Position numbers and translations under genes: made by a program. Shown piece after piece: positions 31,195-45,713 of a stretch of 64,000 nucleotides of DNA. Origin of the DNA: Escherichia coli (lineage in GTDB: Bacteria > Pseudomonadota > Gammaproteobacteria > Enterobacterales > Enterobacteriaceae). The stretch lies in assembly GCF_016026235.1 (NCBI RefSeq), contig NZ_CP065613.1, one strand, 5' to 3'. The stretch's first letter is position 1. Each line of letters opens with the position of its first letter. The notes under the pieces are model-generated. The model had not been told where the DNA came from. It saw nothing but the letters and a program-made list of their open reading frames with translations, and did no database searches.

Positions 31195-31998
31195 TCAATA
31201 ACTACCTTTTATGCGTGGCCCATTTTTGCCTGATTTAAACATCGCCAGTCGTTGATCCAGGGCATCGCTGTAGAGCATCGTGTCAACGCCAACAGCGACA
31301 AAGTTCGCTCCCCACGCCAAGCATTGCTGCGCCATATCAGGAGCCACAGCCAGAAAACCAGCCGCTTTACCCGCAGCACGGATCCGCCGAATGCTGGTTT
31401 CAATAATTCGCTGCACTTCCGGGTGCCCGGCGTTATCCGGGTAGCCCAACGACGCAGAAAGATCCGCAGGTCCAATAAACACGCCATCAATCCCTTCGAC
31501 GTCGAGGATCTCGTCCAGGTTATCCAGTGCCGTTTTACTTTCCACCTGCACTAACAGACAAAGCGAATCGTTGACTTGCGCCATGTAATTCTCAATGCGT
31601 CCCCAGCGCGCAGCCCGTGCCACACTGGCCCCAACACCACGTTCACCGTAGGGAGGATAGCGCGTGGCAGACACCACCTGACGTGCCTGATCGGCAGTAT
31701 CGACCATCGGGATCAGTAGAGTTTGCGCGCCAATATCCAGGACTTGTTTAATCAGCGACTTACTGCCATCCACCGGACGGATCACGGGTTGGCTGGCATA
31801 GGGCGCTACCGCCTGTAGCTGGTGATAAAGATCCTGAATGGTGTTTGGCGCGTGCTCCCCATCAATCAGCAACCAGTCATAACCGGAAGTGGCGGCAATT
31901 TCTGCCATATAGGCAGTTGTTGAGCTTAACCACAGACCAATTTGCACTTCGCCCTTGCGTAAACGTTCTTTAAAGGGATTGGTTAATAATGCGTTCAT
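31195..31998 (-). CDS. rhmA: 2-keto-3-deoxy-L-rhamnonate aldolase
   Basis: Track ORF 31195..32301 trimmed to [52 protein letters not shown]... (267 aa); ATG at 31998 checked in sequence. Confidence 0.93.
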   Translation of the reverse strand: MNALLTNPFKERLRKGEVQIGLWLSSTTAYMAEIAATSGYDWLLIDGEHAPNTIQDLYHQLQAVAPYASQPVIRPVDGSKSLIKQVLDIGAQTLLIPMVDTADQARQVVSATRYPPYGERGVGASVARAARWGRIENYMAQVNDSLCLLVQVESKTALDNLDEILDVEGIDGVFIGPADLSASLGYPDNAGHPEVQRIIETSIRRIRAAGKAAGFLAVAPDMAQQCLAWGANFVAVGVDTMLYSDALDQRLAMFKSGKNGPRIKGSY

Positions 31999-32015
31999 CG
32001 TGTTCCTTAACCTAT

Positions 32016-33305
32016 TTAATGATGTGCCACGTCGGTCTGCGCAACGGTGCGATTTACACGCAGAGTGAAAATAATCAGCGAACCGATGACCGCCACCGCT
32101 GCCAGCGTCAGTAATCCCGCCGCATCGCTGGCAAATAACGTTTCTGCTTTCACGCGCAGGATCGGGGCAATAAACCCGCCCACTGCACCAAACAGGTTTA
32201 CAAAACCAATCCCCGCAGCCAGCGCCGTACCGGAAAGCAGTTGTGTCGGCATCGTCCAGAACACCGGCTGCACGGCAATAAACCCGATGGCTGCAACACA
32301 CAGCGCTACGATCGCCAGTACTGGAGAAAGCAGCCCGGACAGACCAATACCAATGCCCGCCGCCAGTAATGTCAGCGCTGCGACATTACGCCGTTCGCCG
32401 GTTTTATCGGAATAGCGCGGAATAAGCCAGGTCCCAAACAAGGCCGCAACCCACGGAATGGCGGTGACCACCGACGCTGTAAAGCCCACTTTTGTTCCCA
32501 GCAATGCCGCAACCTGGGTCGGCAGGAAGAAAATTAATCCGTAAACCGCCACCTGAATGGTCAGGTAGATAATCGCCAGTTGCCAGACTCGCCCATTACG
32601 CAGCGCATCGCTCAGCCGAGAAGTCACTTTCTGTTGTTCTTCACTTGCCAGTTGATTGATAAGCAACGTTTTTTCTTGTTTACTCAGAAAACGTGCCTGC
32701 TCCGGTGTGTCATCAAGCCAAAAGAATGTGAATACCCCAGCGCCGACTGCCAACAATCCTTCAATCACAAACATCCAGAACCAGCCGGGATGCCCCATAA
32801 ATCCATGCATCTCCAGCAGCGCGCCGGAAAGCGGTGATCCCAGTGTTAACGCCAGCGGTGCGCCCATATAGAACAGCCCCATAATGCTGGCGCGATTACG
32901 CTGCGGAAACCATTGCGAGGTGAGATAAATCATACCAGGGAAAAATCCGGCCTCCGCAGCACCAAGCAGAGTGCGAACTATCAGAAATTTCGTTTCAGTA
33001 TCGGCCCATGCCATGGCTGCCGAAAGAAATCCCCACAGCAGTGTTGTCGTACCAATCCAGGTTCTGGCCCCCAGTTTGCGCATCAAAAGATTCGCCGGAA
33101 CACCCAGAAACGCATATACCACAAAGAAAATGCCTGCTCCCAGCGCATAAGCTTCATTACTCAACCCGGTATCAATCTGGTAGGTCTGTTTGGCAAAACC
33201 GATATTCGAACGGTCGAGAAACGCCAGCACATACAGCGCCAACATAAACGGAATTAAACGCACACGGTTTTTCTTCACCACGGCGTCAAGCAAAGCGGTG
33301 CTCAT
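32016..33305 (-). CDS. rhmT: MFS transporter, putative L-rhamnonate transporter
   Basis: Track ORF 32016..33344 trimmed to [40 protein letters not shown]... (429 aa). Confidence 0.9.
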   Translation of the reverse strand: MSTALLDAVVKKNRVRLIPFMLALYVLAFLDRSNIGFAKQTYQIDTGLSNEAYALGAGIFFVVYAFLGVPANLLMRKLGARTWIGTTTLLWGFLSAAMAWADTETKFLIVRTLLGAAEAGFFPGMIYLTSQWFPQRNRASIMGLFYMGAPLALTLGSPLSGALLEMHGFMGHPGWFWMFVIEGLLAVGAGVFTFFWLDDTPEQARFLSKQEKTLLINQLASEEQQKVTSRLSDALRNGRVWQLAIIYLTIQVAVYGLIFFLPTQVAALLGTKVGFTASVVTAIPWVAALFGTWLIPRYSDKTGERRNVAALTLLAAGIGIGLSGLLSPVLAIVALCVAAIGFIAVQPVFWTMPTQLLSGTALAAGIGFVNLFGAVGGFIAPILRVKAETLFASDAAGLLTLAAVAVIGSLIIFTLRVNRTVAQTDVAHH

Positions 33306-33361
33306 AAAAAGCTCCTTAGAATATGTGGGCGTTACCGTTGTCACAGCAACGCCCGGAGTGA

Positions 33362-34567
33362 TTAGTGGCTGTAGGGGCGTTTCAAATTGCAGTCACGATT
33401 GAGTTCGACGCCAAAACCGGGTTTATCAAGCACTGATTTATGAATACGACCATTCACCGGAACCGGCTCATTGAGCAGAATCGGGTCAAACTGCGGACGC
33501 ATCGTTGAACAATCCGGGCTGGTCATCAGGAATTCGCTGAATGGCGTATTGGTGAAGGTGATCACCGCATGGTGAGAGTAAACAGACGAACCGTGCGGCA
33601 CCACCAGTTGCCCCCTGGATTTGGCGATTGCGGCAATTTCCACCAGCGTGGTTAAACCACCGCACCAGCCAACATCCGGCTGCATAATGTCGATACCGGT
33701 TTCTGAAAGCGTACGAAAAGATTGCAGTGTGCCGTGGTGCTCACCGCTGGTGACCATCATTCCGACTGGCGCGTTGCGTTTCAGTTCGCGATAACCTTCA
33801 TACTGCTGTGGCGGCAGGCACTCTTCGATCCATTTCAGGTTATAGGGCGCGCAAGCGTGGGCCAGTTTGGTGGCATAGTTCACGTCCTGACTCATCCAGC
33901 AGTCGAGCATTAACCAGAAATCTTCACCGCATTTTTCACGCATATCCGCGACCATAGCGGCATCTTTGCGGATCCCCGCATCGCCATCATGTGGCCCCCA
34001 GTGCGTCGGCATTTTGCCACCGATAAAGCCCATCTCTTTTGCCAGATCCGGACGCGCACCTGTGGCGTAGAACTGAATCTCATCACGAACAGCGCCGCCT
34101 AAAAGTTTATAAACCGGAAGCCCGACCACTTTGCCGAACAGATCCCACAGAGCCAGATCGACACAGGAAATCGTATTCATCACCAGGCCACCAGAGCCGG
34201 AGTAATACAGGGTGGCATTGAGCATTTGATCGTGGATCAGTTTGATATCACTGACACATTTACCCTCAATGAAACGGTTAAGGTGTTTTTCGACGATAAA
34301 ACAGCCCATTTCACCGGCTGTCGAAACAGCGAATCCGGTCTGGCCGTTTTCTGCTTCGACTTCAACAACCAACGTGCCAAGAACGTTAATGCCAAATGAC
34401 TGGCGTGACTGCTCGTAATCGCGGTATTTACTCATCGGGGTGGCAATATGGTCGTCTATCCAGTGATTCGCCCCCTGGTCGTGATAATCACCGCCGCCAG
34501 CGCCTTTTTCTGCTGTCGCACCGCCAGTAAACCAGGCGCGAACCTGTTTAATTTTTGGTAGGGTCAT
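33362..34567 (-). CDS. rhmD: L-rhamnonate dehydratase (enolase superfamily)
   Basis: Track ORF 33362..34579 trimmed to [53 protein letters not shown]... Confidence 0.93.
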   Translation of the reverse strand: MTLPKIKQVRAWFTGGATAEKGAGGGDYHDQGANHWIDDHIATPMSKYRDYEQSRQSFGINVLGTLVVEVEAENGQTGFAVSTAGEMGCFIVEKHLNRFIEGKCVSDIKLIHDQMLNATLYYSGSGGLVMNTISCVDLALWDLFGKVVGLPVYKLLGGAVRDEIQFYATGARPDLAKEMGFIGGKMPTHWGPHDGDAGIRKDAAMVADMREKCGEDFWLMLDCWMSQDVNYATKLAHACAPYNLKWIEECLPPQQYEGYRELKRNAPVGMMVTSGEHHGTLQSFRTLSETGIDIMQPDVGWCGGLTTLVEIAAIAKSRGQLVVPHGSSVYSHHAVITFTNTPFSEFLMTSPDCSTMRPQFDPILLNEPVPVNGRIHKSVLDKPGFGVELNRDCNLKRPYSH

Positions 34568-34581
34568 GATGTTCTCCATTG

Positions 34582-35364
34582 TTATGAGGCTTGTAAGTCA
34601 AAGGGACTTTTCCATCCCAACAGACGTGAAATATCCCTGGCGCAGGCAATGGCCTTGCCCGCCAGATAATCACGGTATTCTTCATTGATTTGTAAGCGGG
34701 TACCGACCACCGAGATCGCAGCGGTAAGCTCGTTATTGGCGTTAAACACCGGCGCAGCGACACAACGGACATCGGCGTAATCTTCGCCGTTGTCATAGCT
34801 CCAGCCCTGACGGCGAATACGCGCCAGTTCTTCGTGAAGTTGCTGTGGATGAGTAATCGTTGTGGGTGTCGCCTGCTCCCAGACCAGCCCTTCGATAATA
34901 CTTTGCTGTACAGTTGCAGGTTGCCAGGCAAGCAGGCATTTACCTATTCCGGAGCGATAAAGCGAAAGGCTTTTTCCTTCATGTGAACGCACGCTGATAG
35001 TGGCTGATGACTCCACTTTCAAAATGTAATAAGCGCTGCCGTTATCAATAATCCCCAGGTGACATAACAGCCCGGTGGTATCCATCAGTTGCGTCAAACG
35101 CGGTCGAGCCAGTTCCCGGAGATCCATCTTGCTTAACGCATGACCGGAAAGCTCCACCAGCTTGGTCCACAAACAAAAATTTTCCTGGTGATCAAGGCTA
35201 AGAAAACGCTGACGCCTGAGTTCATTAAGCAGCAAATAGGCCGTGCTTTTAGGGATCCCCAATGTGTCAATGATCGTCGCAGCATTACAGGGGCCAATGC
35301 GGGCAATCAAATTGAGAATATCAATAGCCCGTGTCAGGGCGGGAACTTTGCTTGATTCCAACAT
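34582..35364 (-). CDS. rhmR: IclR-family transcriptional regulator of the rhm operon
   Basis: 260 aa [55 protein letters not shown]... Confidence 0.9.
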   Translation of the reverse strand: MLESSKVPALTRAIDILNLIARIGPCNAATIIDTLGIPKSTAYLLLNELRRQRFLSLDHQENFCLWTKLVELSGHALSKMDLRELARPRLTQLMDTTGLLCHLGIIDNGSAYYILKVESSATISVRSHEGKSLSLYRSGIGKCLLAWQPATVQQSIIEGLVWEQATPTTITHPQQLHEELARIRRQGWSYDNGEDYADVRCVAAPVFNANNELTAAISVVGTRLQINEEYRDYLAGKAIACARDISRLLGWKSPFDLQAS

Positions 35365-35583
35365 ACTGGACTCCAGTCTTAGATACTGGAATCAGTCTCG
35401 TTGCTCAGGGGGAGTAAAATTGTGAAGCGCATCAAATCCCGCTCCTCGTCCAACGGACTGGAGAAATTACGCACAAATTTGTGAATCAGCGCACGGATTT
35501 TTTCTTATTGAGTACAACAGGTTGGACAAATTTTGCCGGAGGGGGAATGTGCCGGTGCAGTAAACCGGCACAGAGTGGCGGAA

Positions 35584-36786
35584 TCAGACGGATAAGGTCA
35601 TGGACTCAACAACCTCAATCCAGCCATGCTCACTGGCGATGTCCTGGCCGTTTAACCAACGGCGCAGCATATTCAGTGCCATCATTGCGCACACTTCCTG
35701 ACGGATAGCCAGGCTGTAGCGTGTAGTGCTGAAACGCACACGCAGAGCGAAAGTGCCATCTGGCGTGGCTAGCGCAAAGTTGAGATGCTCGTTCTCGAAA
35801 CCCGAAACAGCCAGTGCCAGCCCGGCAAAATGGTTGGCCCGCCGTTCTGTAATCCAGTGCGCAGTTTGCGCCAGGGTTTCTTCCTGTGAAGGAACCACTT
35901 CACACGCCAGCAGTGGAGCACCTGCGCGAGAAAGTTGCAAAGCCAATAAACCACCGGTGAATTGCTCGCTCAACGTCAGGCTGAACTGGCGGTTTTGCAA
36001 TTCGCGACTGATCTGCGCGGGCAGTCCTTCGGTGCCTTCGAAAATCACGCTCTGTCCGGCAACACGTTTAACGTCCAGCCACAGTTTTTCCATCGCCTGT
36101 TGCTCGCTTGCCGGTCCGGTGAGTTTCAGTTCGATGATCGGCATTGAGGAGCGATAGCCCATTGTTACGCCCGGCGGCAGTTGTAGAGTGTCCAGGCTTT
36201 GTGCCAGATCGCTTTCCGAACGACCAAAGGTAGTCAAACGCAGGCAAACCGGCGGCTGTGGTAAAGAAAAACGCTCGCGCAGACGCGGCAGGATTTCGTG
36301 CTCGACCATCACCTTAAATTCTGACGGTACGCCGGGAGTAAAGAACATCAGGCAACGATTAAGCTGCACGGCAAAACCACAGGCGGTGCCTACTGGGTTA
36401 TTGATAAATTCAGCACTGGCAGGCAGCTCCGCTTGTTTACGGTTGCTCGGTGCCATTACTCGTCCACGTTCGTGGAAATAGCGTTCCATCTCTTTGAGCC
36501 AGGCTTCATGCAGCACCAGGCCTTCACCTTTTGCTGTCGCAGCGGCGAGTGCGCTTAAATCATCACTGGTCGGCCCCAGCCCGCCGTTAACGATCAGCAC
36601 ATCGGCGTGCTGACTACGTTCGCGAAGAATGGTGACTAAGTCATCAAGGTTATCCTCCACCGTATTGCGGCGAGATAATGGCAACCCCTGATGAAAGAAA
36701 AAATCGGCCAGCCAGGCAGCGTTAGTGTCAACGATTTGCCCGTGTAACACTTCATCCCCGGTGGATAGCATTTCCACTTTTAACAT
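35584..36786 (-). CDS. yfaY: CinA-like competence/damage-inducible protein YfaY
   Basis: 400 aa MLKVEMLSTGDEVLHGQIVDTNAAWLADFFFHQGLPLSRRNTVEDNLDDLV... (MoaB/MogA-like N-domain). Confidence 0.9.
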   Translation of the reverse strand: MLKVEMLSTGDEVLHGQIVDTNAAWLADFFFHQGLPLSRRNTVEDNLDDLVTILRERSQHADVLIVNGGLGPTSDDLSALAAATAKGEGLVLHEAWLKEMERYFHERGRVMAPSNRKQAELPASAEFINNPVGTACGFAVQLNRCLMFFTPGVPSEFKVMVEHEILPRLRERFSLPQPPVCLRLTTFGRSESDLAQSLDTLQLPPGVTMGYRSSMPIIELKLTGPASEQQAMEKLWLDVKRVAGQSVIFEGTEGLPAQISRELQNRQFSLTLSEQFTGGLLALQLSRAGAPLLACEVVPSQEETLAQTAHWITERRANHFAGLALAVSGFENEHLNFALATPDGTFALRVRFSTTRYSLAIRQEVCAMMALNMLRRWLNGQDIASEHGWIEVVESMTLSV

Positions 36787-36885
36787 GGTTATCTCCTGCT
36801 TTTGTTATCGAATCACTATAACGCAAAGGGAGATAAGGCGTAGTAAGAAACTGAATGGCGCGACAGAATGCCGCGCCGGAAGGGA

Positions 36886-37428
36886 TCAGAAACTGGCGTT
36901 AACCCCAACATACGGGCCGTCAGCCACGGCGTTGTCGCGGTTGCCGTCTTTACCCGACAGATTCAGGTAGCGATAACCCGCCTCAATACTGACTGGACGC
37001 ATAATGGTGTAACGCGCGCCAGCATTCGCTTCCTCATAACTTTGAATACCGCTGGAGAGCGAATCCGGAGAGTAGTAATACTCGCCAAACAAACGGAAGC
37101 TGTTGCCAATTTTCCACTGCAAACCACCTCCTACCGCTGCGGCATAACCTTCATCGCCGTAATTCGGGTTGGTGTAAACGCCTTTTCCGCCAACGGTCGC
37201 CATTAACGGCCCGAGAGGCAGATTCAACCCCAGCCCCACGCCAGCGACGTCACCGTCGTCGTCGTTATGTGTCCAGTTACCGCTTAACGCCAGGCCCGTC
37301 GATTCAGTCCCAAAACCGACACCAATATTGGTGTATTTTTTACCCGCCTGGCCGCTGATGCTCATTGCATTGACCGATGCAGAAACCAACAGCATTCCGG
37401 CCAGACCTGCTAGCGCAATTTTTTTCAT
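36886..37428 (-). CDS. yfaZ: outer-membrane beta-barrel protein YfaZ
   Basis: Track ORF 36886..37449; signal peptide MKKIALAGLAGMLLVSASVNA; C-terminal ...YVGVNASF. Confidence 0.88.
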   Translation of the reverse strand: MKKIALAGLAGMLLVSASVNAMSISGQAGKKYTNIGVGFGTESTGLALSGNWTHNDDDGDVAGVGLGLNLPLGPLMATVGGKGVYTNPNYGDEGYAAAVGGGLQWKIGNSFRLFGEYYYSPDSLSSGIQSYEEANAGARYTIMRPVSIEAGYRYLNLSGKDGNRDNAVADGPYVGVNASF

Positions 37429-37706
37429 TATCCCCTTTCCCACAAGCAATTAATCAAAATTCCCAAAGCTGCGGGATTGTACTGCCTGGCGCAGAGGATT
37501 CAATGAGCGAAAAAAGGGATCTAGTCACTTATTGTAACTAAATACTTCTTAAATAATTAAACGCCGAAAAAATAAACACAGTTTACCGATACACACAAAA
37601 ATAATAATAAGTGCAGTTATCATCGCAAAAGAGATTACTGTCACTTTCACATATTTCTGAGTTACCGTATTCTCATGGTTTCTTTTTATTTATAAGGAAT
37701 ACCCCT

Positions 37707-38132
37707 GTGCGACAACGGACTATTGTATGCCCTTTGATTCAAAATGATGGTGCTTATTTGCTGTGTAAAATGGCCGACGATCGCGGCGTTTTCCCCGGTC
37801 AATGGGCGCTTTCGGGTGGCGGCGTGGAGCCTGGCGAACGAATTGAAGGGGCACTACGCCGCGAAATTCGCGAAGAACTGGGAGAACAGCTGCTTTTGAC
37901 AGAAATCACGCCGTGGACCTTCAGCGATGATATTCGCACCAAGACGTATGCAGATGGTCGCAAGGAAGAGATTTATATGATTTACCTGATTTTTGACTGC
38001 GTTTCTGCCAACCGAGAAGTGAAAATAAACGAAGAGTTTCAGGACTACGCGTGGGTAAAACCTGAAGATCTGGTGCATTATGATTTGAATGTTGCCACCC
38101 GAAAAACGTTACGTTTGAAAGGTCTTCTTTAA
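37707..38132 (+). CDS. nudI: Nudix hydrolase (nucleoside triphosphatase)
   Basis: GTG start at 37707 preceded by aaggaat; [60 protein letters not shown] (Nudix box). Confidence 0.88.
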   Translation: MRQRTIVCPLIQNDGAYLLCKMADDRGVFPGQWALSGGGVEPGERIEGALRREIREELGEQLLLTEITPWTFSDDIRTKTYADGRKEEIYMIYLIFDCVSANREVKINEEFQDYAWVKPEDLVHYDLNVATRKTLRLKGLL

Positions 38133-38170
38133 CAATGATGACAGCCATCACTGGCTGTCAGATTGAAAAT

Positions 38171-38773
38171 TTAGTGGTTAACGAATTCCCCATCCAGATA
38201 AACTTTGCCTTTTTCCACATGCATGACTAAACCATCCAGATAATCAGGTTTAAATGTCGCATCACGCTTATCTTTAGCAATATATGTCAGGCAATGATTA
38301 TGGGTAAAAATAACGATATTTTTATCAGGTGCTTTGCTTTGTAAGTCTTTAATTGCACTATAGATCTCATTACCGCATTGAAGAAGTCGTTTATCTACCG
38401 TGAGCTTTTTACCCGCTGAAAACCAGGTCGCGGACTGAATGGTCCGGACGGTATTACTGGAATAAAGATCGAAATCAGGGATATCAGCGCTAAAAGCGTT
38501 GCCCAGTTCACGGGCATCCTGGGTACCTTTGACCGTAATACCTGTTTTATCTGACAAGCATTGATTGGTTGAACGATCGCAACGTTCAGCATGGCGAAAC
38601 AAAACGACAACCGGGTGCTGCTGTGCCAGTCTGGCCAGTGTTTTATTGTCGATACGTGGCAAACCATTGCTACTCCAGGCAGCATGAGTACCCAGTCCGG
38701 CAATTGCAGCGAGCGCCAGTAAAATGATGAAATATTTTTTTGACTTCAACGAAGAGCGGCAAAAAGCTAACAC
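38171..38773 (-). CDS. ais: aluminium-inducible protein Ais (histidine phosphatase-like, putative LPS core heptose(II)-phosphate phosphatase)
   Basis: Track ORF 38171..38830; GTG start at 38773 gives [33 protein letters not shown]...; RHAER motif. Confidence 0.85.
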   Translation of the reverse strand: MLAFCRSSLKSKKYFIILLALAAIAGLGTHAAWSSNGLPRIDNKTLARLAQQHPVVVLFRHAERCDRSTNQCLSDKTGITVKGTQDARELGNAFSADIPDFDLYSSNTVRTIQSATWFSAGKKLTVDKRLLQCGNEIYSAIKDLQSKAPDKNIVIFTHNHCLTYIAKDKRDATFKPDYLDGLVMHVEKGKVYLDGEFVNH

Positions 38774-38965
38774 GTAAACTCCACCTATAGACAAGCGCAA
38801 CCAGACAATTACCGTGAAATTGAGCGACATTTCTGGCGATAATTAGCAGTTGGTGTAATATTAAAAATCCTGCGATGCCGGCAAAATGCCTCAAAATTTT
38901 GCCAAATGCAAAGCCTAAATAAGAAAAAATATAAAAATTTCAATATTTACGTCTAATATTAGTTT

Positions 38966-38982
38966 CTTAAGGTTAAGTTAAT
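38966..38982 (+). promoter_or_regulatory. PmrA (BasR) box upstream of arnB
   Basis: CTTAAG-gttaa-GTTAAT matches the PmrA direct-repeat consensus YTTAAK-N5-YTTAAK, about 80 bp upstream of the arnB start. Confidence 0.7.
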
Positions 38983-39062
38983 ATTCTATCCTTAAAATTT
39001 CGCTCCAAATGGCAAAATATACACAACACTCTTTATAGCAAATATAAGTGGACAGGTATTCA

Positions 39063-40220
39063 ATGGCGGAAGGAAAAGCAATGTCAGAATTTTTGCCTTT
39101 TTCGCGACCAGCAATGGGCGTGGAGGAACTCGCTGCAGTTAAAGAGGTTCTCGAATCCGGTTGGATCACAACCGGTCCGAAGAATCACGCGCTTGAACAA
39201 GCCTTTTGCCAGTTGACGGGAAATCAGCATGCCATCGCGGTCAGTTCAGCCACCGCCGGAATGCATATCACGCTAATGGCGTTGGAAATTGGCAAGGGCG
39301 ATGAAGTGATTACGCCTTCCCTGACCTGGGTTTCAACCCTCAATATGATTTCCTTGCTGGGTGCAACGCCGGTAATGGTGGATGTCGATCGCGATACGCT
39401 GATGGTCACGCCTGAAGCGATCGAATCAGCCATTACGCCACGCACTAAAGCCATCATTCCGGTGCATTATGCCGGTGCGCCAGCAGATATTGACGCCATT
39501 CGCGCCATTGGCGAACGTTACGGCATCGCAGTTATCGAAGATGCTGCCCATGCCGTAGGTACGTATTACAAAGGGCGACATATTGGCGCAAAAGGTACCG
39601 CTATTTTTTCATTTCATGCCATTAAAAATATTACCTGTGCTGAAGGTGGCCTGATTGTAACTGATAATGAAAACCTTGCCCGCCAGCTACGGATGCTGAA
39701 ATTTCACGGTCTGGGTGTCGATGCCTATGACAGACAAACCTGGGGCCGTGCACCGCAAGCTGAAGTCTTAACGCTGGGCTATAAGTATAATCTGACCGAT
39801 ATTAACGCCGCGATTGCCCTGACCCAGTTAGCCAAATTAGAGCACCTCAACACCCGTCGGCGCGAAATTGCCCAGCAATATCAGCAAGCACTGGCAGCTC
39901 TCCCCTTTCAGCCATTAAGCCTTCCCGCCTGGCCGCACGTTCACGCCTGGCATCTGTTTATTATTCGTGTCGATGAACAACGTTGTGGTATCAGTCGCGA
40001 TGCGTTGATGGAAGCGTTAAAAGAAAGAGGTATTGGTACCGGGTTACATTTCCGCGCCGCTCACACACAAAAATATTATCGCGAGCGTTTTCCCACGCTG
40101 TCGTTACCGAATACCGAATGGAATAGCGAACGCATCTGTTCTTTGCCGCTGTTCCCGGATATGACTACCGCCGATGCCGACCGCGTCATCACAGCCCTTC
40201 AGCAACTCGCAGGACAATAA
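39063..40220 (+). CDS. arnB: UDP-4-amino-4-deoxy-L-arabinose aminotransferase
   Basis: [41 protein letters not shown]...; DegT/ArnB PLP-dependent family; start could also be 39048 or 39081. Confidence 0.93.
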   Translation: MAEGKAMSEFLPFSRPAMGVEELAAVKEVLESGWITTGPKNHALEQAFCQLTGNQHAIAVSSATAGMHITLMALEIGKGDEVITPSLTWVSTLNMISLLGATPVMVDVDRDTLMVTPEAIESAITPRTKAIIPVHYAGAPADIDAIRAIGERYGIAVIEDAAHAVGTYYKGRHIGAKGTAIFSFHAIKNITCAEGGLIVTDNENLARQLRMLKFHGLGVDAYDRQTWGRAPQAEVLTLGYKYNLTDINAAIALTQLAKLEHLNTRRREIAQQYQQALAALPFQPLSLPAWPHVHAWHLFIIRVDEQRCGISRDALMEALKERGIGTGLHFRAAHTQKYYRERFPTLSLPNTEWNSERICSLPLFPDMTTADADRVITALQQLAGQ

Positions 40221-41191
<971 letters not shown>

Positions 41192-41192
<1 letters not shown>

Positions 41193-43174
41193 TGAAAACC
41201 GTCGTTTTTGCCTACCACGATATGGGATGCCTCGGTATTGAAGCCCTGCTGGCTGCCGGTTACGAAATTAGCGCCATTTTTACCCATACCGATAATCCCG
41301 GTGAAAAAGCCTTTTATGGTTCTGTGGCTCGTCTGGCGGCGGAAAGAGGCATTCCGGTTTATGCGCCGGATGACGTTAATCATCCGCTGTGGGTGGAACG
41401 CATTGCCCAACTGTCGCCAGATGTGATTTTCTCTTTTTATTATCGCCATCTTATTTGCGACGAAATTTTGCAGCTCGCTCCCGCAGGTGCATTTAATCTG
41501 CATGGTTCGCTGTTACCAAAATATCGTGGTCGCGCGCCGCTGAACTGGGTGCTGGTGAACGGTGAAACAGAAACTGGCGTTACATTGCACCGAATGGTAA
41601 AACGTGCCGATGCCGGGGCCATTGTGGCGCAACTGCGCGTTGCCATTGCGCCAGATGATATCGCCATTACGCTGCATCATAAATTGTGCCATGCTGCGCG
41701 CCAGCTACTGGAACAGACATTACCCGCCATTAAACACGGTAATATTCTGGAAGTCGCCCAGCGCGAAAACGAAGCCACCTGTTTTGGTCGCAGAACGCCG
41801 GATGACAGTTTCCTCGAATGGTATAAGCCGGCATCCGTACTGCACAACATGGTACGTGCCGTTGCCGATCCGTGGCCGGGTGCCTTCAGCTATGTTGGCA
41901 ATCAGAAATTCACCGTCTGGTCGTCGCGTGTTCATCCTCATGCCAGCAAAGCACAGCCGGGGAGCGTGATTTCTGTTGCGCCACTGCTGATTGCCTGTGG
42001 CGATGGCGCGCTGGAAATCGTCACCGGACAGGCGGGCGACGGCATTACTATGCAGGGCTCGCAATTAGCGCAGACGCTGGGCCTGGTGCAAGGTTCACGC
42101 TTGAATAGCCAGCCTGCCTGTGCCGCCCGACGCCGTACCCGGGTACTCATCCTCGGGGTGAATGGCTTTATTGGCAACCATCTGACAGAACGCCTGCTGC
42201 GCGAAGATCATTATGAAGTTTACGGTCTGGATATTGGCAGCGATGCGATAAGCCGTTTTCTGAATCATCCGCATTTTCACTTTGTCGAAGGCGATATCAG
42301 TATTCATTCCGAATGGATTGAGTATCACGTCAAAAAATGTGATGTCGTCTTGCCGCTGGTGGCGATAGCCACGCCGATTGAATATACCCGCAACCCGCTG
42401 CGCGTATTTGAACTCGATTTTGAAGAGAATCTGCGCATTATCCGCTACTGCGTGAAGTACCGTAAGCGAATCATCTTCCCGTCAACTTCAGAAGTTTATG
42501 GGATGTGTAGCGATAAATACTTCGATGAGGACCATTCTAATTTAATCGTCGGCCCGGTGAATAAACCACGCTGGATTTATTCGGTGTCAAAACAATTACT
42601 TGATCGGGTTATCTGGGCCTATGGCGAAAAAGAGGGTTTACAGTTCACCCTCTTCCGCCCGTTTAACTGGATGGGACCACGACTGGATAACCTTAATGCG
42701 GCACGAATCGGCAGCTCCCGCGCGATTACGCAACTCATTCTCAATCTGGTAGAAGGTTCACCGATTAAGCTGATTGATGGCGGAAAACAAAAACGCTGCT
42801 TTACTGATATTCGCGATGGAATCGAGGCGTTATACCGTATTATCGAAAATGCGGGAAATCGCTGCGACGGCGAAATTATCAACATTGGCAATCCTGAGAA
42901 CGAAGCGAGCATTGAGGAACTGGGCGAGATGCTGCTGGCGAGCTTCGAAAAACATCCGCTGCGCCATCACTTCCCACCGTTTGCGGGCTTTCGTGTTGTC
43001 GAAAGTAGCAGCTACTACGGCAAAGGATATCAGGACGTAGAGCATCGTAAACCGAGCATCCGCAATGCCCGCCGCTGCCTGGACTGGGAGCCGAAAATTG
43101 ATATGCAGGAAACCATCGACGAAACGCTGGATTTCTTCCTGCGCACCGTTGATCTTACGGATAAACCATCATGA
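41192..43174 (+). CDS. arnA: bifunctional UDP-glucuronic acid decarboxylase / UDP-Ara4N formyltransferase
   Basis: 660 aa [39 protein letters not shown]...; C-terminal NAD-binding [15 protein letters not shown]. Confidence 0.97.
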
Positions 43175-44061
43175 CCAAAGTCGGCTTACGCATTGATGTC
43201 GATACCTTTCGTGGCACCCGTGAAGGCGTGCCGCGTCTGCTGGAAATCTTGAGTAAGCATAATATTCAGGCCAGCATTTTTTTCAGCGTCGGCCCGGACA
43301 ATATGGGCCGCCATCTCTGGCGACTGGTGAAGCCACAGTTTTTGTGGAAGATGCTGCGCTCAAACGCGGCATCGCTTTATGGCTGGGATATTTTACTGGC
43401 AGGTACGGCCTGGCCAGGTAAAGAGATTGGTCATGCCAATGCCGATATCATTCGTGAAGCGGCTAAACATCACGAAGTCGGCCTGCACGCCTGGGATCAC
43501 CATGCCTGGCAAGCCCGTAGCGGTAACTGGGATCGGCAAACAATGATCGACGATATTGCACGCGGTCTTCGCACTCTGGAAGAGATTATCGGTCAACCGG
43601 TAACCTGTTCTGCCGCTGCGGGCTGGCGTGCCGACCAGAAGGTGATCGAAGCAAAAGAAGCGTTCCATTTGCGCTACAACAGCGATTGTCGTGGGGCCAT
43701 GCCGTTCCGTCCACTGCTCGAATCAGGAAACCCTGGCACTGCGCAAATTCCGGTGACCTTACCCACCTGGGATGAAGTGATTGGTCGGGATGTGAAAGCA
43801 GAAGATTTTAACGGTTGGTTACTCAACCGCATCCTGCGAGATAAAGGCACGCCGGTTTATACCATTCATGCAGAAGTTGAAGGCTGCGCTTATCAGCATA
43901 ATTTTGTGGATCTCCTCAAACGCGCAGCTCAGGAAGGCGTGACATTTTGCCCTTTAAGCGAACTGTTATCAGAGACGTTGCCGCTCGGACAAGTTGTTCG
44001 CGGAAATATTGCCGGACGTGAAGGCTGGCTGGGTTGCCAACAAATTGCGGGTAGTCGCTGA
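43171..44061 (+). CDS. arnD: 4-deoxy-4-formamido-L-arabinose-phosphoundecaprenol deformylase
   Basis: 296 aa [49 protein letters not shown]... (polysaccharide deacetylase fold). Confidence 0.95.
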
Positions 44062-45713
44062 TGAAATCGGTACGTTACCTTATCGGCCTCTTCGCGTTTA
44101 TTGCCTGCTATTACCTGTTACCGATCAGCACGCGTCTGCTCTGGCAACCCGATGAAACGCGTTATGCGGAAATCAGTCGAGAAATGCTGGCATCCGGCGA
44201 CTGGATTGTGCCCCATCTGTTAGGGCTACGTTATTTCGAAAAACCCATTGCCGGATACTGGATTAACAGCATTGGGCAATGGCTATTTGGCGCGAATAAC
44301 TTTGGTGTGCGGGCAGGCGTTATCTTTGCGACCCTGTTAACTGCCGCGCTGGTGACCTGGTTTACTCTGCGCTTATGGCGCGATAAACGTCTGGCTCTAC
44401 TCGCCACAGTAATTTATCTCTCATTGTTTATTGTCTATGCCATCGGCACTTATGCCGTGCTCGATCCGTTTATTGCATTCTGGCTGGTGGCGGGAATGTG
44501 CAGCTTCTGGCTGGCAATGCAGGCACAGACGTGGAAAGGCAAAAGCGCAGGATTTTTACTGCTGGGAATCACCTGCGGCATGGGGGTGATGACCAAAGGT
44601 TTTCTCGCCCTTGCCGTGCCGGTATTAAGCGTGCTGCCATGGGTAGCGACGCAAAAACGCTGGAAAGATCTCTTTATTTACGGCTGGCTGGCGGTTATCA
44701 GTTGCGTACTGACGGTTCTCCCTTGGGGACTGGCGATAGCGCAGCGGGAGCCTAACTTCTGGCACTATTTTTTCTGGGTTGAGCATATTCAACGCTTTGC
44801 ACTGGATGATGCCCAACATAGAGCTCCGTTCTGGTACTACGTGCCGGTCATCATTGCCGGTAGCCTGCCGTGGCTGGGATTACTCCCCGGTGCACTGTAC
44901 ACAGGCTGGAAAAACCGCAAGCATTCCGCAACCGTCTATTTGTTGAGCTGGACGATAATGCCGCTGCTGTTTTTCTCCGTCGCTAAAGGTAAATTGCCCA
45001 CCTATATTCTTTCCTGCTTTGCATCTCTGGCAATGCTGATGGCGCATTACGCTTTGCTGGCAGCAAAAAATAATCCTCTGGCGCTGCGGATTAATGGCTG
45101 GATTAACATCGCTTTTGGCGTCACTGGCATTATTGCCACATTTGTGGTCTCCCCGTGGGGACCAATGAACACGCCGGTGTGGCAAACCTTCGAGAGCTAT
45201 AAAGTCTTTTGTGCCTGGTCGATTTTTTCGCTATGGGCATTTTTCGGCTGGTACACCTTAACAAACGTCGAAAAGACCTGGTCTTTTGCCGCGCTTTGCC
45301 CGCTGGGGCTGGCGTTGCTGGTAGGATTTTCAATTCCTGACAGAGTCATGGAAGGAAAACATCCGCAATTTTTTGTCGAGATGACACAAGAATCACTTCA
45401 GCCAAGCCGCTATATTCTTACTGATAGCGTCGGTGTTGCCGCAGGTCTGGCATGGAGCCTGCAACGCGATGACATCATCATGTATCGCCAGACAGGTGAG
45501 TTGAAATACGGCCTTAATTATCCGGATGCGAAAGGGAGATTTGTCAGCGGTGATGAGTTCGCAAACTGGCTTAATCAACATCGTCAGGAGGGGATTATTA
45601 CTCTCGTGCTTTCGGTTGACCGCGATGAAGATATCAACAGTCTCGCCATTCCGCCCGCAGATGCCATCGATCGTCAGGAGCGTCTGGTGCTGATTCAGTA
45701 TCGTCCCAAATGA
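44061..45713 (+). CDS. arnT: undecaprenyl-phosphate-alpha-L-Ara4N:lipid A arabinosyltransferase
   Basis: 550 aa [43 protein letters not shown]... Confidence 0.95.
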   Translation: MKSVRYLIGLFAFIACYYLLPISTRLLWQPDETRYAEISREMLASGDWIVPHLLGLRYFEKPIAGYWINSIGQWLFGANNFGVRAGVIFATLLTAALVTWFTLRLWRDKRLALLATVIYLSLFIVYAIGTYAVLDPFIAFWLVAGMCSFWLAMQAQTWKGKSAGFLLLGITCGMGVMTKGFLALAVPVLSVLPWVATQKRWKDLFIYGWLAVISCVLTVLPWGLAIAQREPNFWHYFFWVEHIQRFALDDAQHRAPFWYYVPVIIAGSLPWLGLLPGALYTGWKNRKHSATVYLLSWTIMPLLFFSVAKGKLPTYILSCFASLAMLMAHYALLAAKNNPLALRINGWINIAFGVTGIIATFVVSPWGPMNTPVWQTFESYKVFCAWSIFSLWAFFGWYTLTNVEKTWSFAALCPLGLALLVGFSIPDRVMEGKHPQFFVEMTQESLQPSRYILTDSVGVAAGLAWSLQRDDIIMYRQTGELKYGLNYPDAKGRFVSGDEFANWLNQHRQEGIITLVLSVDRDEDINSLAIPPADAIDRQERLVLIQYRPK